In this document: positions 13,201-23,131 of the stretch, piece after piece
Numbering within the stretch: position 1 is the first letter of the stretch
Layout of the letters: each line of letters begins with the position of its first letter
DNA from: Lingula anatina
Taxonomy: Eukaryota > Animalia > Brachiopoda
Length of the DNA stretch: 64,000 nucleotides
Assembly: GCA_051362555.1 (NCBI GenBank)
Contig: CM120648.1
Location: forward strand, 287,721-351,720
Direction of reading: 5' to 3'
Program-made: the position numbers and the translations under genes
Notes under the pieces: model-generated
Seen by the model: the letters and a program-made list of their open reading frames with translations, nothing else
The model's database searches: none
What the model was told of the DNA's origin: nothing

Positions 13201-13476
13201 ATTTTAAATGTCCTGGACGTTCTGGGCTTACAGTGAGGATTTAAGACCTAGAATTACTCGTGCCATGTGTCATATTTTATCAATAATGTGTAACGATGCG
13301 GTGTAGTAGGTCTCTCGTGGTAGGAGGTTTTAACTACCGGGGAAGACAAGTTTAGTATTCTAAAGTCTTTTTATGTGATTTTCAGGTCCTTTAAGGTGAC
13401 TTTCGAGTGCATGCCCCAGTCTTACATGTAAACACAGTAACCTACGTCGTTGCTTCATCGTCAGCGAGGTCTCCAT
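10214..13476 (-). CDS. Acyl-CoA synthetase / AMP-binding enzyme copy 1 (ACSF2/4CL/luciferase-like), about 581 aa; exons 13476-13446, 12188-11991, 11730-10214
   Basis: ANL motifs: A3 MTSGSTGKPK, A5 GYGCTE, ELLLRGP, A7 KTGDL, IYPVEVE, A10 PKTYNGK. GT-AG introns are both phase 1 and the frame is continuous (METSLTMKQR-P-DRKMNLSY...FAA-G-LIRRGVK...). The first micro-exon is inferred from its conservation in copy 2. Confidence 0.9.
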
Positions 13477-13910
13477 CTTGCCAGTGTGAACGAACAAATA
13501 AGATCTGTAGAGATATACAATACGTCATTCATTGCCCAGGACATGTATCTGTGTCACGAGGGTTAGAAATACAGGTACTGCTCTGTGCGGGTATGCTCCT
13601 GATCATAACACAGTACACGTGACAGTGAACAGGTACGTAATGGTTATGGCCTAAACTGGTTCATGTAGAGTTGTTAAGTGTTAGTTGCAGTAATTAGATA
13701 TTTAATTGATACCATTTCCTACCACAGAGCTGTATAATAGAATGACTAATTAAGACTAAGAAGACAAACGAGTTGTCTTATTATTTCTTTTTTCAAACAA
13801 AAGCAACGGCTTCACGACACTTCATTGCTTTACGATAAGCGGTAAAACGTGCACTCTGTTAAGGTCAAAAATGCTTTTCAAAAGATAATCATGAGGAAAG
13901 TTAATATTTT

Positions 13911-16814
13911 TCAACATCCTAATTTTTCAGCTGCCATCTTTGTAAGATCACGTCGGCTCGTTTTCCCACTATATGTTTTAGGGAAATCCTGGAAGGAGAG
14001 GAAATATTTGGGAGAAAGAGAAAGACCATCCGGACCTGGCGGAAACTGATCCGACGTCCATTTCTTAATGGTATCTAGGCGTTCCTCGAAGGATCCAGGA
14101 CTGTGGGTGAGGATGACGCATGCGCACAACTCCTGGTAGAACCTCTCATCAGGAACTCCTACAACAACAACCTGATCCACATCTGGGTGTTTGGAGATCA
14201 CCATCTCTACTTCAACAGGATATATTAGGACCGCAGCCCTCCTGATGGCGTCTGACATCCTTGCAACAAAACGGATGCAGCCGTCGTCGTTCATGGTAAC
14301 GAGGTCGCCGGTCCTAAACCAATGCTGAGGAGTAACGGCAGCCTTAGTCCCTTCGTCATTATTAAGGTACCTGTCAAATAATTGCTGTCCGCGTACAAGG
14401 AGTTCCCCGACCGTGCTATTCTTCACTATTCGACTGTCGCTGTCTACAACTTTTGCTTCAATGTTTGGCAGAATGTCCAGACAGTTGAAGTTGACAGCGT
14501 CTGTGTCTGTGGCCGATGAATAAGTCTGGTAAGCTATGTGACCAAACTCCGTGCAGCCGTAGGTCTGCACCAGAAGCACGTTGGGAAATTTCCCAAGGAA
14601 CTTCGACGCCATTTCTTTAATCAGTGGCTGCCCGGCGCTTAATGCATACTCCACAAGCGAGAGTCCATATTCGGGTATGGTGTCGACGTGAATCAAGTCG
14701 TACATAATATAAGGCATGAAGACGGCGTGTGTGCATCTCTCATCTTGCAGTATATTTCTTATGGTGACGATGTCTCCTTTACTGACCGAAATATCTGGGT
14801 CTACGAACACAAGTGTTACACCAGAAAACGGAATTAAATATGTACCAAACATTGCGCCAAGACCCCATGAAAATGGTCGATCGTTAAAGCAACGTGCGCC
14901 GTCGACATTTGGCAGAGTTAAACAAGACGCTCGGAGGATGTTAATGAATTGGAAGTGTTTGTAAAGGGCGGCTTTGGGCTTGCCAGTGCTACCCGATGTC
15001 ATCAAAACAAACAAGGGATCTTCCGTTTGTACTTTGGTCTGAACTTCAACGACTCTCTGCATATCTTCTGCAGTGGCTGATTCATTGGGTCGGACCAGAT
15101 CTTCGTAAGAAATGTTACCTTCGGTAGCTTTGAACCCGGCGCATATTGCGAGGGGAGAATCGGTGCTGCCATCTCTTGGAGTTTTCTGCCATTCCTGCAC
15201 GATACTTTCGCCGTATAAAGCAGAGGAGCCGAAAGCGCAAACGATGACGGCAGAACAACTCATAGCTTTGGCCATTTCAACAGCATCTTTTGGGGGGTAA
15301 CCGAAGGTTTGGAGTATGAGGCAAACGCCGATTCTCGCACACGCCATCTTGATGACGATGTATTGCAAACAATTTGGTGCCACAAGCATAATGTATCCCC
15401 CAAACTTTACTCCCCTCTTTAACAGACCTGAAATCAATTTTATTGAATATGATTGGATATGGAAGAATAAAAAACTAAGAAAAGCAATTCTTACTTGAAA
15501 ATGCGTTTAGGATATTTCCGACAAGAAAGTGTATCAATTCTGTTTTCGATTTTCAATTAAAGGTCTTAATGTCATTTTTTTCTCAAATTATATATTTAAC
15601 ATGTTTAACCCTGAACAGATCAACTCATACCTGAAGCAAATTGCACGGATTGGTCTTGTAATTGTCTGTAGGTGATAGAGGACCTCTCTCCACCTAATGC
15701 GTAATAGACCCCCGCTTCACGATCCGGATGCTGTTGTACCCTTTCATCCAGGAAATCCGGTATAATACGAGTGTCCTGGGGAATCGTAGGCGGTTTGTAC
15801 TCGTAGCTGAGGTTCATCTTTCGGTCAGCTGTGTTAAAACATAGGAAGTATGTTAATGTTGATCACCGCGTTGTCTTGACTGTTCTTGCCTCTTTTCAAG
15901 GTACAACCGTTACAATAACAAGCACCTGTACCAGCATGCACGTGTTATTTGAGACTCCTTTTAGAATATTTTTATCTAACTCATTGTCAAGCTGTAACAG
16001 TCATTGTGTGAATTCAACTGAAAATTATATGCTATTTTTGTTACACAATACAGTTACATTTGCCTGGTGGCATAAAACAAGGAGTTTGTATCAAAGGGAG
16101 CTCTATATAAGTCAATGAAATAATCTTCATAATGACATGAAATATATGAAAACATCAGGCAGTTATAAATCTGCCTGTTTGAATTTTTATCAAACATGAG
16201 AGGTGTCATTTTTGTTATCGTTATCATGGCGGAGGGGGGGGGGGGTAAACTACCTGTTCACCTAACTTTTACGAAATTGGCCCATCACCCAGGTTTGTAA
16301 CATGTCCGAAAGGTCTGTGGCGGATAGCGCAAAGAGAGTTTGTCCAGTTTTCCCAGCTATATGATCCAGCGTTCTTTTTCCATACTCCAAGGTTGTAAAA
16401 ATGCACTACATTGGTACTACAGTGTTATTATAGGACTGACATTTTAAAGCTTTAAACATGTGTTTCGTCATTCCAGTTAACGCTCGTCTGTCACCTAGCT
16501 TGATCGGCCGGCTAAAAACCATGTAGAACGACTTAAGAGTTCTGCCTCATTTGCCTATATGCAAAATTCATAATTTTTAAAAATAGCATTATATTTAATG
16601 GTTGTATGGAATAAGTTGCCTACATATGGTAATTAAAAATAAAATCGGTTTTCGTGGTGGTACGTACATGTAGACAAGTTTAGTATTCAAAAGTCCTTTT
16701 TCTGTGATTCGCAGGTCCGCCAATTGAGCAATGAAGGTGACCTTTGAGTTCGTGTCCAAGTTTTACACGTAAACACTGTTACCTACCGTGGTACTTGTTC
16801 AGCGGGGTCTCCAT
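13911..16814 (-). CDS. Acyl-CoA synthetase / AMP-binding enzyme copy 2, about 580 aa; exons 16814-16787, 15828-15631, 15427-13911
   Basis: Same motifs (MTSGSTGKPK, TYGCTE, RTGDL, PKTYSGK). Exons of 198 and 1517 nt match copy 1. First exon METPLNKYH-G|gtaggt is phase 1. Confidence 0.9.
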
Positions 16815-17175
16815 CTTGCGAGTACGAACAAGCAAATAATATCTGTGCGGGTATGTTCCTGATCATAACACAGTACACGTACACAGTGTACAAGCACGTT
16901 ATGGGTAGGGCCTAAACTGGTTCATGTAGAGTCATTTAAGTTTTAATTGCAGTATTAAAAATTTTAATTGATTCCATTTCCTACCACAGAGCTGTATAAG
17001 GGAATGACTAATTAAGACTAAGAAGACAAACCGGTTGTCTAATGTTTTTTCTTTTTTTCAAACAAAATCAACGGCTACACGACACTTCACTGCTTTACGA
17101 TACGAGGTAAAACGTTCACATTGTCAAGGTCAAAGATGCTTTTCAAAAAGATGATAAGGAGGAAAGTTCATATTT

Positions 17176-17329
17176 TCAACATCCAAATTTTTCAGCTGCC
17201 ATCTTTGTAAGATCACGTCGGCTCGTTTTACCATTAGCTGTTTTAGGAAAATCCTGGAAGGAAAGGAAATATTTTGGCGCAAGAGAAAGATCATCAGGAC
17301 CTGTGGGAAACTGACCCGCGGTCCATTCC
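17176..17329 (-). pseudogene. 3' fragment (last ~50 codons) of a further ACS paralog
   Basis: EWTAGQFPTGPDDLSLAPKYFLSFQDFPKTANGKTSRRDLTKMAAEKFGC*. Homology ends abruptly at about 17329, where the copy-3 3' flank begins. Confidence 0.85.
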
Positions 17330-18539
17330 CGCCAAACCCAAATGAAGAAAAAAACATTATTCACAAACGACTCCACACAGTGATTGGTATGCCCGAGAGA
17401 CACATTATACTATCGATTATTTACAACACCCAAATATACCCATCCCATACGAAGTAAAAAAAAAAAAAAAAAAGATTAAACTAAATGAGACGACTTTAGA
17501 TATTTGTACGAAAATAACGGGCTTATATCAAAAGCAAGATCGCATAAGAGTTCCTTTGAGAGATACGACATCATACGAGGGCGGCGAAACGTGGCTGCAA
17601 TTGCTACAGGTGAGAAAATCAAGACATGGTTGCTTCGATTGTATAAAATGACTTTCTCACATCTTCATATAAATTCTACAAATCGAAGTTCCTAAAAATG
17701 AGTTATATTTCTCAATATAACGCACTTGATTTTGACTTTGCTCCGAATTATTCCATCAATAGAAGCCCAGTGTGCGGACATAGGGGTTCATTCAGAATAG
17801 ATGATTCGAGTACTAACTGATCCGCCGACTAAATATGGCTGAACCCACTTCAAAAGTGATGCCGCTAATTCCATGATGGTCTCCCGCCTCCACACGCGCC
17901 GTCGCTGCAGGAGCCTAGATTTAATCAGTTTCATGGTGTTGGTGGAGGCTCCAAATTATATCACCAATATTGGATCAATACACTTGCAAAACAAAGGACT
18001 ACTAGTTACTTACCTTTAAAAAAAAGGTTATTGATTATCGTCACTAGAAATACTTCAGATACTGCTGAGTAAAACTGATAGTTAACTTTTAGATAGGTAT
18101 GATGTAATGGGTATGATGTAACTTTTTTGAATGATGTTTGATATACACGGTATCCTGTAATAAGAGTGGAAGCCTTTAACAGACCAAGTGACCAAGTGAA
18201 AAACTGAACACGTAAAGACAAAGAACAAAAAAGTGATTGTAGAATATTTAATATACACTAGTAGAAACACAATTCATGCATCCACCTCAAAGCAATATAT
18301 GACACTTCTATATTCATATGCCCTTTAAAAGAAAGCACTGTAGGTTTACAACCTACCCTGTACATGTATAGATCTAGCCTTATTTCAACAGTGAATTGTT
18401 AAAAAGAGATGTATTCTCTTTTTTATATTTTGTCACTTCGTCATTTCTTACGTATATTGTTTACTGTAATGTTCTTAAATATGACCGAAAAAAGCGTGAC
18501 TATTCCATTTCTTTTAGATAATCAATAGGATGATTCATA

Positions 18540-20070
18540 TTAACTACGTCCCAATTTTACAGCTGCAATCTTTTTAAGATCACGTCGGCTCGTTTTCCCA
18601 CTATATGTTTTAGGAAAATCCTGGAAGGAAAGGAAATATTTGGGAGAAAGAGAAAGACCATCTGGACCTATGGGAAACTGATCTGCTGTCCATTCCTTAA
18701 TGGTATCCAAGCGTTCCTCGGAGGATCTACGACTGTGGGAGAGGATGACGCATGCGCATAATTCCTGGTAGAATCTCTCATCAGGAACTCCTACAACAAC
18801 GACCTGATCCACATCTGGGTGCTTAAGGATCACCATCTCTACTTCAACAGGATATATTAGGACCGTGGCTCGCTTTATGGAGTCTGACATCCTTGCAATA
18901 AAACGGATGCAGCCGTCATCGTTCATGGTGACGAGGTCACCGGTCTTAAACCAATGCTGAGGAGTAACGGCAGCCTTCGCCCCTTCGTCATTATTAAGGT
19001 ACCTGTCAAAAAACTGTGGTCCACGGAGACAAAGCTGCCCAACAGTGTTTTTCTTCACCATTCGACCGTCGCTGTCTACAACTTTTGCTTCAGTGTTCGG
19101 TGACATTTCCAGACAATTGAAGCCGACAAGGTCTGTTTTTGCAACCATGGAATAGGTCTGGTTAGCAAATGGACCAAACTCCGTACAGCCATATGTCTGT
19201 CCCAGAAGAATGTTGGGAAACTTTGCCATAAACTTTGACGCCATTTCTTTAATCAGAGGCTGCCCGCTGCTTAATGCATACTCCACAAACGAAAGTCCAT
19301 CTTCAGGTATGGCATCGGCGTGAATCAAGTCGTACATAATATAACCCATGAGGAAGGCGTGTGTGCACCTCTCATCATGCAGTATATTCCTTATCGTGAC
19401 GACGTCTCCTTTACGGACCGAAATCTCTGGGTCTAAGAACACAAGTGTTACACCAGAAAACGGAATCAAATACGTGCCCAACATCGCGCCAACGGCCCAT
19501 GAAAATGGTCGATCGTTAAAATATCGTGCGCCGTCGACATTTGGCAGCGTGAAACAAGACGCTCGGAGGACGTTAATGAATTGGAAGTGGTTATAAAGGA
19601 CGACTTTGGGCTTGCCGGTGCTTCCAGATGTCATTAATGCAAGCAAGGGATCTTCCGTTTGAACCGCGCTCTGAACTTCAAACACGGTGTGTATTTCTTC
19701 TGCACTGGCCGATTCATTGGGTCGGACCAGGTCTTCGTAATAAAGGTTACCTTCGGTAGCTTTGAACCCGGCGCATATTGCGAGGGGAGGATCGGTGCTG
19801 CCATCTCTTGGAGTTTTCTGCCATTCCTGTACGATACTTTCGCCGTATGAAGCAGAGGAGCCGAAAGCGCAAACGAAGACGGCAGAACAACCCGTGGATT
19901 TGGCCATTTCGACAGCATCAGTTGGCGGGGAACCGAATTTTTGGAATATAAGACAAACACCGATTCTCGCACATGCCATCTCGATGACGATGTATTCCAA
20001 ACAATTTGGCGCAATCAGCAGAGCGTACTCCCCCACCTTCAATCCTGTCCTTATTAGACCTGCAACACAA

Positions 20071-20113
<43 letters not shown>

Positions 20114-21110
20114 ATATAAATAAATAAACATTGTTGCATTTACCGGCAGGCTGCACATTTGGAGTTAATGAATAACTGGGACATCAATGAGCGAGTAACG
20201 GGGGACATTCTTTGTCACAAGCTTTCTTAAAGTCAAGTAAAATGTTAAAGTTTATTTTACTCTCTTAGATATTTACCTGCAGCCGGTCGTGACCAGTTTT
20301 CTGCGGCCCATTTGCATACTTTCAATGCATACTATCAATATCTGTCCCTTTTGTCACTGATGACATCGGCTATTCTGAGCTTCTACATTTTAAGTCTTGG
20401 CAAGAAGACAGATATGCGTTTAAGCAGCTTGCTAGATTACCAAATTTGATAAATAATAAATCATTATACAAATAAATGAATAAGTAAATCAAAGAAAACC
20501 TGTACCTGCAGCCAATTGCACTGACTGGTCCTGTAACTGCTTGTACGTGATGCAGGATCTCTCTCCACTCATTGGGTAATAGACCGCCGCCTGTCTATCC
20601 GGGTGTTCCTTGACCTTCTCATCGAGGTAGTCTGGTATGATACGACTGTCCTGTGGCACGTTAGGCAGCTTGTAGACGTAGCTAAGGCCCGAACTCTGGT
20701 CAGCTGTGTGTAAATAGGTTCGGTTAGAGTATGTCTACGTGATTGTTGTACATGTACAAGATGCTTTTGTACACACAGTGTTCGATTTAAACTTAGCTTT
20801 GTGCATCTGTATGTTTGTCATTATTTAAGGACTGGTTGTCTCTTATAGTAAACATAACTGCCAGTTTTACCGAATCTGCTGACCTGATAAGACAGCATAC
20901 TTATCATTTGTATCACACAGGTACTAGTATAATTACACTCCATCAGTAAATATAACAATTCCCCAAATGGTAATAAAAAATAACTGACTTGTGGACAAAA
21001 TGCTGTTTGTGAACAATTGCTGTACGGTGCACTGAAACGTATTTTGCCACGATTGACAAATCAGTTAAGGGAGTCATACGTGTGTCCCAAAATTTATATA
21101 CGAGAGAGTG

Positions 21111-21145
<35 letters not shown>

Positions 21146-21198
21146 TCTAAATAGGTTGCTTTCCAGATTCAATACTTACTCTTTAACGGAACCTCCAT
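18540..21198 (-). CDS. Acyl-CoA synthetase / AMP-binding enzyme copy 3, about 578 aa; exons 21198-21180 (or alternative 22385-22367), 20703-20506, 20059-18540
   Basis: Same ANL motifs. The 198-nt middle exon reads DQSSGLSYVYKLPNVPQDSRIIPDYLDEKV...QLAA. First exon MEVPLK-A|gtaagt resembles METPLNK of copy 2. The ORF-track N-terminus (YLFI repeats) is intronic (TTTA)n. Confidence 0.9.
20069..20127. repeat. (AATA)n microsatellite forming the T-rich acceptor tract of the last intron of copy 3
   Basis: aataaataaata... run next to the acceptor at 20060-20061. Confidence 0.9.
21114..21141. repeat. (TG)n microsatellite
   Basis: Direct reading. Confidence 0.9.
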
Positions 21199-22366
21199 CT
21201 GTCCTGTGTCAATGTGTCAATGTCCTACTTAAATTGACAGCATAACGCGTGTTATCTATGCCAAAACTAGACTATATACCGGTATATATATATGTATATA
21301 ATATGATCGGTGATTGGTACGTATGTTCAGCGTTTTGGAGGTCAGTTAATCTTAATCATATGTACGTATTCACACTGGGCTGAGAAATGCCACTGGTTCA
21401 ATTTTACACGTTTAAGTTAAGGGCAATCCTTATCACCAATGCTACACTTACTGCATACTACCGGGGTAGTTCTTATATCTAATTTTCTGATGTGACTATT
21501 TTATTTAGCAACGCCCTGTCGTGTTATTAGGTGGATATATTATTTATTTATTTTAAAACTTATAATGAAGCATGATATAATTAAGTATTTAGAGCAATCG
21601 TTCTGTGATTTTTTTTTTGTTGTTGTTTTTTTCGGCCATTCTGATTTTATCAAATACTGGTAGCACCAGAACTTATCCAAATATTAAAGAGAACATGTTT
21701 TTAGTGCCCACTTTTAAGCTAAAAAAATGCCGTGGCCAAAATTATAGGTCTAATACATGGGGATCAATACTTCTCAATAATTTTCAATGAGTATTGGTCG
21801 TCATTTGGATTTCTTGCACTTCATTAATTGTACATGTACCCTGTAAATATGATTTTTGTTAATTGCTACTTTATATTAGCGCATCTCCTGAATATCGCAA
21901 TCTGGATGACCTATCAACGTCTATGAACGTCCCTTAACTTACTTATTTCTTACACTACATTAATTAAATCTGTACATGTACATATGGATAACTGTATATA
22001 CATGTATCTGTATAAATAGGCGCCCGAGACACTTATAGTTAGGCCTAATCTCCTTGATCACAATCTACCGGTACATGTACATGTACCCCAGTACCTGTAG
22101 TTACATTGTAGTAGCCTATAAGCTAGGCCTCTGGTGGAGAAAAAAAGCCATATAGGCCTACTTTGGCCCCACGGTGCAGCGTGCGGTAAGAAAGCAATGT
22201 TACCCCCATATTTCCTTTGAAAAACATACACCAGTAGTTCAACGTTTAATCCAAGACTTCCAAGGAAGAGGGAATGTTCTAGTAGGACTACTGGTACCCC
22301 TCCCCCCATGATATTAATTACCCGCAATGTGATCACATATTATTTCGATTTATAATTCTTACTTAC

Positions 22367-22385
22367 TTTGAAAGGATGCCGCCAT
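22367..22385 (-). CDS. Candidate alternative first coding micro-exon of ACS copy 3 (MAASFQ)
   Basis: aagATGGCGGCATCCTTTCAAA|gtaagtaag: 19 nt, phase 1, consensus donor, overlapping a YY1-type AAGATGGCGGC motif. Positionally equivalent to the first exons of copies 1 and 2. Confidence 0.55.
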
Positions 22386-22784
22386 CTTTTAAATGCGAAA
22401 TACTCATTTAGATATGTACAGTACAGACATTTATGTACCTTTATTAATTACTGTATCCATGCCTACTAGTATATACACTGTACATCTGTCAAAAGAGCTT
22501 TACATGTAATTTTTTTATTTTTTTTTAATTCAATTAAAATTGAGTGTGATGGCTTTATTTGCTGTCGTTTTCCTCTTTAAAGTAGAATCTGAAGGCAAAT
22601 GAAGCCAAAGAAGACAGGCCGTTTAACTTATCTTTTTCACATGCTCCTCGATAAGGTAATCTAAATGACCGACCAGAGAACGACATGCTCACGACACTTA
22701 ACCGCTTTACGGTAAGCGGTAAAACGTGCAGTCTGTCAAGGTCAAGGTTGCATGTGCAAATTATATCATACAACAACAACTCAG
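22386..22784. promoter_or_regulatory. Probable bidirectional promoter (ACS copy 3 / C3orf33-like) and non-coding first exon of the C3orf33-like gene
   Basis: Head-to-head genes. YY1 motif at 22378-22388, ERRE-type TCAAGGTCA at about 22736-22744, donor tcag|gtacgt at 22784/22785. Confidence 0.55.
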
Positions 22785-23131
22785 GTACGTTTTCTCTGCA
22801 AAATTATCATAGTTGACTGTTTAAATGTGATTGACATTTTCTACTAAATGGTTATTTGTCAGAAATTATGTTTATTCCTTTAAAAAATGTGTGCCTAGCG
22901 TTAATGTTACGCTAGACTAACAAGTTACCGGTACATGCGGCCTGTTACATGTGCCTCTCTCTCTCTCTCATATTTTCTGTGCTGTGTATTGTGTTGTGTT
23001 GTGCATGGTCAGTTAATTAATGCCGTAACTTGATGAAGATGTTCCCATATGAGTCCATTACAATGTCCAGTTTCTAACTTCTTTTTACATGATAGTTATC
23101 ATTCATTTTCCCATTAGGCAACTGCACAGTC

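Noticed and set aside
13295-13345. tRNA or SINE head
   Set aside because: Only a loose A-box resemblance; no cloverleaf or proper B box.
10214-20059. Calling the ACS genes firefly-type luciferases or peroxisomal enzymes
   Set aside because: There is no PTS1 (ends are YGC, LGC, GRS) and the luciferase A4 motif (PFHHGF) is absent. Only superfamily-level similarity is supported.
10140-20073. Antisense and alternate-frame ORFs overlapping the ACS exons
   Set aside because: These are shadows of the real CDS, repeated only because the genes are paralogous.
20060-20156. Hydrophobic YLFI-repeat N-terminus of the 538-aa ORF as a signal or TM segment
   Set aside because: It is the translation of an intronic (TTTA)n microsatellite upstream of the acceptor at 20060.
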